Shown: positions 1 to 9,376 of the stretch, in pieces
Numbering within the stretch: position 1 is the stretch's first letter
How the letters are laid out: each line of letters begins with the position of its first letter
Virus record (IMG/VR): IMGVR_UViG_3300027151_000002
Location: 42,735 to 106,734 of that record
DNA: 64,000 bases
Direction: 5' to 3' (one strand)
From: a virus
Notes under the pieces: generated by a model
Told to the model about the DNA's origin: nothing
Database searches by the model: none
The model's input: the letters and a program-made list of their open reading frames with translations, nothing else
Made by a program: the position numbers and the translations under genes

Positions 1-2
1 TT

Positions 3-929
3 GGTATTTCCCAACAATTTTGCAAAGTAAATGAGCTATTTATGGACGGCGTGATCGCCGATCCTGCGTCGTGGCGGGAATTTTGGTCGCAAGTTGCTCC
101 ATTTAGCCTGCTGGAATTTGCCCGCATTGGAGGCAAGGAAACTTTAATTCCTGCTGTGCCTTACGACAGCCGCCTTTATACGATTTCACGGGAGGTGCAA
201 ATTTCTGCCCTCTTTAATCAAGGGAATATTTTAGAGGACAGTTATAAAGAAGAATTCCTTGACTATGGCGATAACACGCAGGATTTAATTGCCACCATTG
301 TTTATCGAGATACGGCGAATGATAAAGTTTTTCCTCAGAACACTAGCGTTCAAATTCATAAAGACGATGCGGAGTTTGATGAAAGCTTGAGCATTCGTCA
401 AACCTTTGACTTATCTGCTTTTGTAAGCAGCAGAGAGCAAGCAATTAAATATGGCAAGCTTCTTTGTCAGCAACGTCGATATTCTCGTCGTGCCATTGAA
501 TTTAAGACATTCCCCACTGAAAGTCCAGTTGCTCCTGGTTCATATATTTACGTGCAGCTAGATCAAAACCAATGGGATGACATTAGAAGCGGCATCGTTG
601 AAGAAGAAGGCAAGCTTAATATTCCACTGGCTGAAGAAGCTGTAAATGGCAGTTTTACCGTGCTGCTTTACAACGGCCAAGACTCGCCCACAAAACTGTC
701 TTCCGTTCCCATTGCTAATAACCAATCGTCTGAATTAGCGGGCTATGAAGGGTGGTTGTTTGTGCTTGGCATAGAGCTAACGAAAAAACGTGTTTTCCGC
801 GTAACTGGTGTGTCAATGGAAGAAGAAGGAGAAATTACAATTAGTGCCGTCGAACATCAGTGCGACGAAATTGGAGGAGCTACGTTGTCTAAGATTGCTC
901 ATTTTGATGACGTCTTCTTAGTTGAATAG
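3..929 (+). CDS. Tail tip / host-specificity (J-like) protein, C-terminal part, 5' truncated
   Basis: Frame is open from base 3; motifs such as FNQGNILEDSY and FRVTGVSMEEEGEITISAVEH resemble tail-tip J proteins; lies in a tail cluster. Confidence 0.6.
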   Translation, partial: GISQQFCKVNELFMDGVIADPASWREFWSQVAPFSLLEFARIGGKETLIPAVPYDSRLYTISREVQISALFNQGNILEDSYKEEFLDYGDNTQDLIATIVYRDTANDKVFPQNTSVQIHKDDAEFDESLSIRQTFDLSAFVSSREQAIKYGKLLCQQRRYSRRAIEFKTFPTESPVAPGSYIYVQLDQNQWDDIRSGIVEEEGKLNIPLAEEAVNGSFTVLLYNGQDSPTKLSSVPIANNQSSELAGYEGWLFVLGIELTKKRVFRVTGVSMEEEGEITISAVEHQCDEIGGATLSKIAHFDDVFLVE

Positions 930-964
930 AAACGTTGCTATCATAAACAAAAAGCTTTAAGACG

Positions 965-1384
965 ATGCCCTTTTATACCGGCCGTACTGGCAAGCTAAAG
1001 ATTGGCACTAACCAAGTATCAAAAGTTCGCAACTGGACTCTTGATACTTCCGTAAACATGCTGGATACTACGGCTTTAGGGGATACTGCCAATACTTTCA
1101 CTCCTGGCTTGTCTAGCGCCACTGGTAGCGCCACGTTGTCGTACTACAACGGCGATACCACTGATGTGACCGATCTTCTTACAAGGATTGCCAAAACTGG
1201 TGCGGTCACTGACGCTGACGTGGCTGCCCTCACTTTTGAAGTGGGACCGGATCAATACTTTACGGCTAATGCTTTCATTAACAGTGCAAGCATCACATCA
1301 TCCACTGATGAGCTTACCACTGTCTCGTTTAACTTTACAATTAATGGCGCTCTAACTGCTGTTGTGCTTACTGGCACTGCTTGA
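965..1384 (+). CDS. Tail tube-like protein
   Basis: 139 aa; VRNWTLDTSVNMLDTTALGD and VSFNFTING patterns typical of siphovirus tube folds. Confidence 0.6.
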   Translation: MPFYTGRTGKLKIGTNQVSKVRNWTLDTSVNMLDTTALGDTANTFTPGLSSATGSATLSYYNGDTTDVTDLLTRIAKTGAVTDADVAALTFEVGPDQYFTANAFINSASITSSTDELTTVSFNFTINGALTAVVLTGTA

Positions 1385-1433
1385 TATGATGCTGTTATTG
1401 TTCGTACAATAGAATAATCAATGCTGAGGCGAA

Positions 1434-2444
1434 ATGACATTCTTTGTTGGCCATACAGGCGCGATTAAGCTTCAGCGTGGTGGAGAGAATGTTTTCACTG
1501 CTGCCATTTCGCCTGATGATGTTAATACCGCGTTAAACCGCTTTAGTTTTGACGATAGTGATAGGAACATAATTGCTGGAGATTTTTTAGAAATTAGCAC
1601 GGAAGACCCTAGGGGCCTTCTGTTTATGCCCGCTTCTTTTTGGAGCGTTCCGGGGCCGGATGTTGATGGTTATAGCGAAGTGGTATGGAATGATAATGCC
1701 ACTGTTGGTTTAGCTGGATGGCAAGATGATGAGATGGGCTTTTCATCTGAATTACCTCCGGAGGGATACACTGAATATCGCATGAGTCCATATCAAGTGC
1801 CAAAAAATGCACGGGCCTATGCTCACATTAATCAACTAGGAGGTATTCGCCTTTTTGATAGCTTTGAAAGTGCCATTAATAATGAGCGAGCAGATGAATA
1901 TGCGTTGGCCCAGTTTTACGGCGAATCATTGCCAGTTACGATTGGAGTGAAAGACACTAGGTATAACACACTGGGCTCTGTTACATCGTTTGAAATAAAT
2001 ACTGACAGGGCTGCGATGGAGACGACAAGCTTGTCGGACACCTTTAAGCAGCAGTATTCAGCAGGATTACTCAGTGGCAATGGAAGCATCGAATGTTTGT
2101 TTAGTTATGACACTATTCCAAGACAGGACACACCACTATTCTTGCTGCAAGTTATTAACAGAATAAATATTGGCAGTGCATTTAAAGCTTTGCTTTCGAT
2201 TTCGTCGGTAGATAGATCACCAAGCTTTAGAGAAGAAGTTTATTACGAAGTTGAGGCAGTTGTAACAAGGGCGGGTGTAACTGTAACGTCTGACGCCTTA
2301 GTGGCTTGTTCCATTGATTTTGTTACCACTGGGGAATTCAAGCTTCGCGTGGGAATACCAACTGAGTTCATCTTGAAAGAAGATGATGATGCCATTTATC
2401 TTGAGCAAAGCCTTGATTATCTGCTGCAGGAACCCAGTGATTAA
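1434..2444 (+). CDS. Tail protein with tube-like domain and an inserted domain
   Basis: C-terminal half aligns by eye with 965..1384 (VTSFEINTDRAAMETTSLSD ... CSIDFVTTG). Confidence 0.5.
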   Translation: MTFFVGHTGAIKLQRGGENVFTAAISPDDVNTALNRFSFDDSDRNIIAGDFLEISTEDPRGLLFMPASFWSVPGPDVDGYSEVVWNDNATVGLAGWQDDEMGFSSELPPEGYTEYRMSPYQVPKNARAYAHINQLGGIRLFDSFESAINNERADEYALAQFYGESLPVTIGVKDTRYNTLGSVTSFEINTDRAAMETTSLSDTFKQQYSAGLLSGNGSIECLFSYDTIPRQDTPLFLLQVINRINIGSAFKALLSISSVDRSPSFREEVYYEVEAVVTRAGVTVTSDALVACSIDFVTTGEFKLRVGIPTEFILKEDDDAIYLEQSLDYLLQEPSD

Positions 2445-2520
2445 TTTAAGGGATGAGGGGGAGTCATAATAGCTATTATCGTTTAAGACTAGACTGTATT
2501 TAGCACTGCCTTTTTGAGAG

Positions 2521-5500
2521 ATGGCCGATCAAAGAATTACGGAACTCGTCGAACTTCCTCAGGGAGGCGTAGCTTCTAACGACGTACTACCCATTTCGGA
2601 CGTTAGCGCCAGTCAAACCAAGAAGGTGCAAGTGAAGAGCCTGATCCAGGCAGGCTTTAACATTGCTGACGCTTCAACTCTTGATATTTCAAAGATTAAT
2701 CAAGCCAGTATTGCAAAACTTACTGGCTCTTCCATTGCCCCTAATACGCTCACTTATGACAAGATACAGCAAGTAAGCGCTAATAAGCTTCTAGGTCGCA
2801 GTAGTTCTACTGGCAATGTAGAAGAGATTGATTGCACTGTTTATATTCGCACTCTTCTTGATGATGCCAATGCTGCTGGTGCACGTTCCACATTGGAATT
2901 GGGAATAGTTGCCACTGGCAACACTATCAATACCAGTCTTCTTGAAGACTTAAGCATTACCACTGGTAAGATCAATAATTTAGCAGTTACGGCCGCAAAG
3001 CTTGCTAGCGGCGCGGTAGAAACAGCCAAGATTTTTGATGGTGCTGTCACTTCTGCAAAAATTGAAACCAGTGGCATTACAGGGAATAATGTAAGTGCTG
3101 GCGCCATTGATACTGTTCATCTAGCTGCAAGTGGCATTACGCTTGCAAAAATGGCAGCCAATTCAGTTGGCACCATTCAATTAGTTGATAGTGGCATTAC
3201 GCAGGCAAAATTGGCCAGTGGCGCCATCTCTTCAGCAAATATCGCCGACAGTGGCATCACGCAAATTAAGCTTGCTAGTGGCGCTGTAAATACAATCAAT
3301 TTGGTTGACAGTGGAATCACTGCCGCGAAATTAGCTTCCGGCGCTGTCACCATTGAAAAATTGGCGCTTGCTTCCGGCGAGCTATCGGGCGTAGTAATCA
3401 CTGCGAGTTCCATTCCTTCTGGAAGCTATACAAGTGGTTCCATTCCAACTGCAGCCATTGAAGATAATGCCGTCACTTTTGCCAAGATTCAACAAGTGGC
3501 AAGTGGCGTGCTGCTTGGTCGAGCATCTGCTGGTAGCGGCAACGTAGAAAGCATCACACTTACTGCGGCAGGCAGGGCATTGTTGGATGATGCTGATGCC
3601 ACTGCACAGCGCACTACGCTTGGACTTGGTTCGTTAGCCGTAAAAAATACAGTAGGAAGTGGAGATTATGACTCTTCTTCCATTGTCACTGGAAACATTG
3701 CCGACAGTGCAATCACCACTGCAAAGCTTGCTGATAGTGGCGTTACTACTGTCAAAATTGTAGATGCAAACGTTACGGCAGACAAGCTTGCTAGTAATTC
3801 TGTTACTACAGCCAAGATTATTGACGGTGGCGTTACAACTGCCAAGATTGCTGACGGAGCTGTTTCTTACGCAAAAATTCAAGCCACTTCTACAAGCAAT
3901 GTGTTGCTTGGTCGCTCTTCAGCAAGTGGCGGTACTGTAGAAGAAATCTCTTGCACTTCTGCGGCGCGTTCTATTCTTGATGATGCAACTATTGCTGATA
4001 TTCGCTCCACTCTTGGTCTTGGCACATTAGCCACGCAAAACGGCACCTTTACTGGTACGTCCACTGGTACTAATACTGGCGACCAGACCATCACGCTTTC
4101 TGGAGATGTTACAGGCACTGGCACAGGGGCGTTTGCTGCCACTATCGCCACTTCTGCAGTCACTTCAGCAAAGATTAATGACGGGGCTGTTACCACTGCA
4201 AAAATTGCGGATGGTGCTGTTACCAGCGCCAAGATGGCGAATAATTCTGCTGCCATTGTTGCTGGCTCCACTCCTGTTGGTAGTGGCATCTTTATTGGCC
4301 AGCAATGGCTAAATACTGGCACTGGCGTTGAATACACTTGGACGGGAAGTGAATGGCAGCGACAGTCTGGTCTTTCCACTGCTGTCATCTCTGGCGACAC
4401 TGTTTACAGCTTTACCACCTCCTATCCTGATGCCTTCAGTGCATCCATTGTTCCTTCGTTAAACACGCAAGTTGCCACGCGCTTCTTTGCTGGTCCTGCA
4501 AGCGGCAGTGCTGATGCTGCTCCGACTTTCCGTGCCATCACCGCCAATGATCTTCCTAGGGCTACCACGGCAGCATTAGGCGTAGCTCAAGCTGGTACGG
4601 GCCTAGTAACTGTCAGCGGCATCTTTAACCACGCGAATAGCGTGGCGTCTGGCATCTATTACAAAGTAACAGTGGATGCACAGGGGCACGTTAGTGCTGG
4701 TCAGACAAGCTTGGTTGCGGATGACATTCCGTCTCTTCCTGCAAGCAAAATTACTACTGGCACATTTGGTAGTGGCTTAATTGCGGATGATTCCATTCTT
4801 GCTTCTAAACTTGCAAACTATTCAGTGAGTCAGTTTGGCGAAGCACCGCCGGTTGCTGATTTTATTGGACAATTCTTCTTCAATCCATTGGAGAAAGACC
4901 TTTACTTATGGGATGGTAACGTTTGGAACCCTGTTGGCATTAGCGTTGGCGAAATCATCTTTGGTGGCACATATAACGCAAGCGGAAATATTATTGCTAG
5001 CACCAGTAGCGATGGTGCTGCTGTTGGTTTAACCGTTGGGCAACCACTTCCCACTCCTTCTGCCACGTTTAATCGTTATTACGTGGTGGTAGCAAGCGGT
5101 GGTACTGGCACTTCGCCTGCTCCTGCTACTACTTTGCAGCCGCCCGACATTCTGCTTTGCAATGGTGCTGCTTGGACTGAAGTGGATGTTAGCTCCACTT
5201 ATCTTTCGCAGAGCGCTGCGCAGGTGTCCTTTACTCCTGCTGCAAGCATTTCTGCAAGCAACGTACAAGCTGCCATTGAAGAAGTTAGCAACGAATGTAG
5301 GAATGTTAATAACGTAGCGAGCGGCATTCTTGCCACTGGTTATGGCGGAACAAGCTTTAATTCCTACACGAAGGGTGATCTTCTTGTTGGCAGTGGAACC
5401 ACTCTTGTCAAGCAAGCAGTGGGAACAAATGGGCAAGTATTGACGGCTAATTCTGCGTTTGGTGGCGGTGTTCAGTGGGTGACGCCTGCAAGTGGCACAG

Positions 5501-6069
5501 TTCTTTCAGTGAGCGTTAATGCTCCGCTCACTGTTGTTAGCGGCACCACAACGCCAGTTATTTCCATCCCTGACGCTACGACAAGCGTGCGTGGCACCGT
5601 TCAGCTCACTGACAGCACGAGCACTACTAGCTCTACGCTTGCTGCCACTGCCACTGCAGTAAAGAGCGCTTATGACCTGGCTAATGCAGCATTGCCCAAA
5701 GCTGGTGGGACTATTACTGGTGCCGTTACATTCGGGACGACAGGCACGCTTTTCTTTGAGGGCGCCACTGATAACGCTTTTGAAATTCAGCTTACTGCTG
5801 CTGATGCCACGGCGGACAGGACAATCACGCTTCCCAACGTCACTGGCACTGTTGTCACTACTGGTGATACTGGCACAGTCACCAATACAATGCTTGCTGG
5901 CAGCATTGCTGATACCAAACTTAATACTATTTCCACCGCTGGAAAAGTTAGTAATAGCGCCACCACTGCTACCAGCGCTAACACTGCTAGCGCAATTGTC
6001 GCTCGCGATGCAAGTGGTAATTTCTCTGCTGGTACTATTGATGCCATCATTGATGAAGGCACGTTCTAA
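2521..6069 (+). CDS. Long tail fibre protein with 10-aa repeats
   Basis: 1182 aa; repeated (I/V)TxAKLAxGA units, three LLGR modules, fibre repeat RGTVQLTDSTSTTSSTLAATATAVKSAYDLA. Confidence 0.8.
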   Translation: MADQRITELVELPQGGVASNDVLPISDVSASQTKKVQVKSLIQAGFNIADASTLDISKINQASIAKLTGSSIAPNTLTYDKIQQVSANKLLGRSSSTGNVEEIDCTVYIRTLLDDANAAGARSTLELGIVATGNTINTSLLEDLSITTGKINNLAVTAAKLASGAVETAKIFDGAVTSAKIETSGITGNNVSAGAIDTVHLAASGITLAKMAANSVGTIQLVDSGITQAKLASGAISSANIADSGITQIKLASGAVNTINLVDSGITAAKLASGAVTIEKLALASGELSGVVITASSIPSGSYTSGSIPTAAIEDNAVTFAKIQQVASGVLLGRASAGSGNVESITLTAAGRALLDDADATAQRTTLGLGSLAVKNTVGSGDYDSSSIVTGNIADSAITTAKLADSGVTTVKIVDANVTADKLASNSVTTAKIIDGGVTTAKIADGAVSYAKIQATSTSNVLLGRSSASGGTVEEISCTSAARSILDDATIADIRSTLGLGTLATQNGTFTGTSTGTNTGDQTITLSGDVTGTGTGAFAATIATSAVTSAKINDGAVTTAKIADGAVTSAKMANNSAAIVAGSTPVGSGIFIGQQWLNTGTGVEYTWTGSEWQRQSGLSTAVISGDTVYSFTTSYPDAFSASIVPSLNTQVATRFFAGPASGSADAAPTFRAITANDLPRATTAALGVAQAGTGLVTVSGIFNHANSVASGIYYKVTVDAQGHVSAGQTSLVADDIPSLPASKITTGTFGSGLIADDSILASKLANYSVSQFGEAPPVADFIGQFFFNPLEKDLYLWDGNVWNPVGISVGEIIFGGTYNASGNIIASTSSDGAAVGLTVGQPLPTPSATFNRYYVVVASGGTGTSPAPATTLQPPDILLCNGAAWTEVDVSSTYLSQSAAQVSFTPAASISASNVQAAIEEVSNECRNVNNVASGILATGYGGTSFNSYTKGDLLVGSGTTLVKQAVGTNGQVLTANSAFGGGVQWVTPASGTVLSVSVNAPLTVVSGTTTPVISIPDATTSVRGTVQLTDSTSTTSSTLAATATAVKSAYDLANAALPKAGGTITGAVTFGTTGTLFFEGATDNAFEIQLTAADATADRTITLPNVTGTVVTTGDTGTVTNTMLAGSIADTKLNTISTAGKVSNSATTATSANTASAIVARDASGNFSAGTIDAIIDEGTF

Positions 6070-6143
6070 TCATTAGAAAACAAAAGCCTTTTAGAATTGC
6101 AAGAGACTAATTTGTCTCCTGTAATTCTGGAAGGCTTTTAATT

Positions 6144-7931
6144 ATGGCTGGTGTTCTTCAGCATCTGCGTTCATCGACGCTTAACAAGCGCCCTAATCCT
6201 GCGTCCATGGTTGATGGACAATTGGCCATTAACTATGCAAGTGGTAGTCCTGGAGCATTCTTTAAGGATACCAATGGTAATTTAGTGAAAGTGGGGCCTG
6301 TGCATGTTGGCGCAACGGCTCCTAATGTTAGTCCTGCAAGTGGCGGCACTGCTGGTAATAGCCTTGGCGAGCAATGGCTTGATACCAGTGGCGGCACTTA
6401 TGTGTTTAAGATTTGGGACGGTGCTGCATGGCGCAGTGAGGCTGGTGAGTTTGTAAACGTCACTGGCGACACGATGACTGGTGCGTTTGGTGTTGTCGCG
6501 GGCTCAGATTCCACGCCAGGACTATTTATTAGCGGGGACGCAAATACTGGTATTTACTCTCCTGGTGCAGACCAGCTAGCTCTAACCACTAATGGCACTG
6601 GGCGACTGTTTATTGACAGTTCAGGTCGTGTAGGGATTGGCACTACGAGCCCCGCATCAAAACTCGACGTATCTGGAGACATAAATTATTCGGGCGATAT
6701 AGGCACAAGCGGAAATGGCTTTATTTACTCCTACGGTGGAGGATCGCTTGGTGATGTCCGAACTGGACTTAAGCTTGATGGACAAAATAAAGCTTTCTTA
6801 GTTTTCACTGATGCTTTAGAACGCGCCCGCATCGACAGCTCCGGCAGGCTCTTAGTTGGTACGTCTACTGCGGATACAGCAAATGGCACGGCGCCTTTGC
6901 AAATCAGCACTGAAGGTAATACCGCAGATAGCGGAATCTTTATCCGCAACAGTAGTTCAGTAGCCTTTGCGGCTCAATTAAGGCTTGGTAGTTCTCGCGG
7001 AACCAAAGCAAGCCCCTCAAGCGTGGCAAGCGGAGATACTCTTACTGAGATTCATGGAGCGGGATACGACGGCAGCGCCTGGATTCGTGCTGCAAGCATA
7101 GGAGTTGTTGTAGACGGCACCCCTGGCACTAGTGACATGCCAGGCCGAATCATACTGAGCACGACCTCCGACGGGGCGAGTACTCCAACGGAGCGGATGA
7201 GGATTGGGAGTACTGGACGAGTTACTATTCAGAACAATACTGGTTCTTACGATGCCGGAGGCAGCGGTCCTGGCCTAGAAATATTTGCTGGCCAGGAAGT
7301 TGGTCGCTATTCATATCACTTCGGAGCTTACGTTACTGGGGGCGCAATTGGTCCTTATATTAGAAGCGCACAAAACAGTAATTGGGCATCACCAGTTAAT
7401 CTCGCTATTTTACATAATACTGGCTCATCATTTTGGTCAAACTTACTACCTGCAACAGATAATACTTATTCTTGTGGGGGATCAGCAGCTCGCTGGACAG
7501 CTATTTGGGCTGTCAACGGAGCCATCCAAACATCAGATATTCGTGACAAAACGGAAATTCGGCCTATTGAAAATGGTATTGATTTTATCAAGCGCCTCCG
7601 GCCTATTACCTACAAATGGAAGATTGGTGGATATGAAATAGAGCGCGATGAAGACGGTGCTCCCATTCCAGACGAAAACGGAAATCCAAGGCAGCATCCC
7701 GTTCCCGGTAATCGTACGCACTGGGGATTTGCATCTCAAGAGGTCAAGACAGTCGCCGACGAGTTCGGTATTGACTTTGGCGGATGGGTGTTAACCGATA
7801 AAAACGATCCCGACAGCCAGCAGGCTCTGCGTTACGACCAGTTCATTGCACCGCTGACCAAGGCTCTGCAGGAGGCGTTGGCTGAGATCGACGTACTTAA
7901 GGCCAAAGTTGCAGCTCTTGAAAGCGCGTAG
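6144..7931 (+). CDS. Tail fibre/spike with C-terminal intramolecular chaperone (peptidase S74-like)
   Basis: GRVGIGTTSP and ERMRI repeats; TSDIRDKTEI...GFASQEV...LRYDQF and a terminal coiled coil. Confidence 0.85.
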   Translation: MAGVLQHLRSSTLNKRPNPASMVDGQLAINYASGSPGAFFKDTNGNLVKVGPVHVGATAPNVSPASGGTAGNSLGEQWLDTSGGTYVFKIWDGAAWRSEAGEFVNVTGDTMTGAFGVVAGSDSTPGLFISGDANTGIYSPGADQLALTTNGTGRLFIDSSGRVGIGTTSPASKLDVSGDINYSGDIGTSGNGFIYSYGGGSLGDVRTGLKLDGQNKAFLVFTDALERARIDSSGRLLVGTSTADTANGTAPLQISTEGNTADSGIFIRNSSSVAFAAQLRLGSSRGTKASPSSVASGDTLTEIHGAGYDGSAWIRAASIGVVVDGTPGTSDMPGRIILSTTSDGASTPTERMRIGSTGRVTIQNNTGSYDAGGSGPGLEIFAGQEVGRYSYHFGAYVTGGAIGPYIRSAQNSNWASPVNLAILHNTGSSFWSNLLPATDNTYSCGGSAARWTAIWAVNGAIQTSDIRDKTEIRPIENGIDFIKRLRPITYKWKIGGYEIERDEDGAPIPDENGNPRQHPVPGNRTHWGFASQEVKTVADEFGIDFGGWVLTDKNDPDSQQALRYDQFIAPLTKALQEALAEIDVLKAKVAALESA

Positions 7932-7951
7932 TCCACATCGCTACTAGCTCT

Positions 7952-7982
7952 GGCGGTTTCCCGAAGAAACCGCCTTCTTTTC
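7952..7982 (+). terminator. Intrinsic terminator
   Basis: GGCGGTTTC-CCGAA-GAAACCGCC followed by a T-rich tract. Confidence 0.7.
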
Positions 7983-8017
7983 CATTGCTAAACTAACGAA
8001 GACCATTCTTTCTGATC

Positions 8018-8329
8018 ATGGCAATTACTTACACATGGGCGGTGGCCAATATGGACCGCACGCTTTCAAATGGTTACGTGGGCACTGTTCACTATACAAT
8101 TTCTGCCGATGATGGCACCTATGCAAGTTCGGCCTATGGCAGTCTTGGTCTTGAAGCTCCTGACGAGGACAATGCCATTCCTTACGCTCAGCTCACTCCC
8201 GAAATTGTCATCGGCTGGGTGAAAGAAAAGTTTGGCGATGAGAAAGTAGCAGAAATTGAAGCTGCTCTTGCCGTTCAAATTGAACAGCAACGTACTCCCA
8301 CCACTGGCACTGGTCTTCCTTGGGCTTGA
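8018..8329 (+). CDS. Small acidic tail-fibre-associated protein
   Basis: 103 aa, IPYAQLTPEIVIGWV...GLPW; directly after the fibre gene. Confidence 0.6.
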   Translation: MAITYTWAVANMDRTLSNGYVGTVHYTISADDGTYASSAYGSLGLEAPDEDNAIPYAQLTPEIVIGWVKEKFGDEKVAEIEAALAVQIEQQRTPTTGTGLPWA

Positions 8330-8332
8330 TAA

Positions 8333-8473
8333 ATGGCAGCAAAATCAAAGATTGGTATTAGCGGTCAAAAGCTACATCAAGCTGGCAAGCCAAAGCTTAC
8401 AAAGCAAGGCCAAGGAAAACATAGCAAAGCATCTCACGGCCGCAAACTTTCTCGCGGCCAAGGCAAGGGATGA
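8333..8473 (+). CDS. Small basic peptide (46 aa, absent from ORF track)
   Basis: Manual translation MAAKSKIGISGQKLHQAGKPKLTKQGQGKHSKASHGRKLSRGQGKG; homologue at 35522. Confidence 0.7.
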   Translation: MAAKSKIGISGQKLHQAGKPKLTKQGQGKHSKASHGRKLSRGQGKG

Positions 8474-8547
8474 TTATTTCAAGGAGCGTTAGCTCCTTTT
8501 TTAATGGCAAGAACAAAGCTATAATGAAGCTAATTAGCCAGTGAGCA

Positions 8548-9120
8548 ATGATTTATCCAGCCACTTATGACATAGTGGTATTGCAAAATGCCACTTGGAA
8601 AAATCAGTTTAGAGCCACTGAAAACCAGAAGCAAACAACAATTGATATTTCTGGAAGCACATTTACTACTAGCTGCCATGGCTTTAACAGTGGTCAGAAA
8701 GTGGTATTTGCTGGAGGCGCATTACCTTGCGGGATGACTGACAATACTGTCTACTATGTCATTGCAAGTGGTTTAACTAACGATTCTTTCAAAGTGTCAG
8801 CTTCTTCTGGGGGAACAAGCCTAGCTCTTCATGGTACCGCTAGTGGTACGCATTACGTGAGCACTCCCATTAATTTAAGTGGATATACTGTTGATTCTGA
8901 TATTCGCGGGCTTCTTGAAAATCAATATGTGGGCACTTTCTCTCCATCGTTAATTGATGCAGCAAATGGTTTGTTTCAGCTTGAACTTTCTCCTGCCACC
9001 ACTTCTGGCTTTGAAACTGGACAGTTTGGTTATGACGTGAGTCTCACTTCATCTGGAGGCGAGCGATATTATTGGCTTACTGGCAAGATGACTGTTCAAG
9101 CCACTTATTCACGCGCTTAA
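8548..9120 (+). CDS. Virion/baseplate-associated protein
   Basis: PINLSGYTV...YDVSLT...LTGKMTV BppU-like ends with an inserted HGFNSGQKVVF domain. Confidence 0.5.
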   Translation: MIYPATYDIVVLQNATWKNQFRATENQKQTTIDISGSTFTTSCHGFNSGQKVVFAGGALPCGMTDNTVYYVIASGLTNDSFKVSASSGGTSLALHGTASGTHYVSTPINLSGYTVDSDIRGLLENQYVGTFSPSLIDAANGLFQLELSPATTSGFETGQFGYDVSLTSSGGERYYWLTGKMTVQATYSRA

Positions 9121-9124
9121 TTTC

Positions 9125-9376
9125 ATGCCGGAAGTATCTCTCATTTCGACTGCTAATGGCAGTGTTGCATTAATTGGCGAAAATAATACAGGGTCTAGCG
9201 CCATCTTTTCTAGCGATGATGGCAATGCTGTTATCGTCAGTGCTTCAAGCACTAATGCAGCTATCATTAATAGTGATTCCGTTGCTTCTTCTATGGTGGT
9301 TGCGTCTTCAGTTGGAGCGCAAGGACCACAAGGAGACAACGATAACGCTATTGCTTATTCCATTGCTTTAGGATGA
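9125..9376 (+). CDS. Small structural protein
   Basis: Ser-rich, GAQGPQG, ends AIAYSIALG. Confidence 0.5.
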   Translation: MPEVSLISTANGSVALIGENNTGSSAIFSSDDGNAVIVSASSTNAAIINSDSVASSMVVASSVGAQGPQGDNDNAIAYSIALG

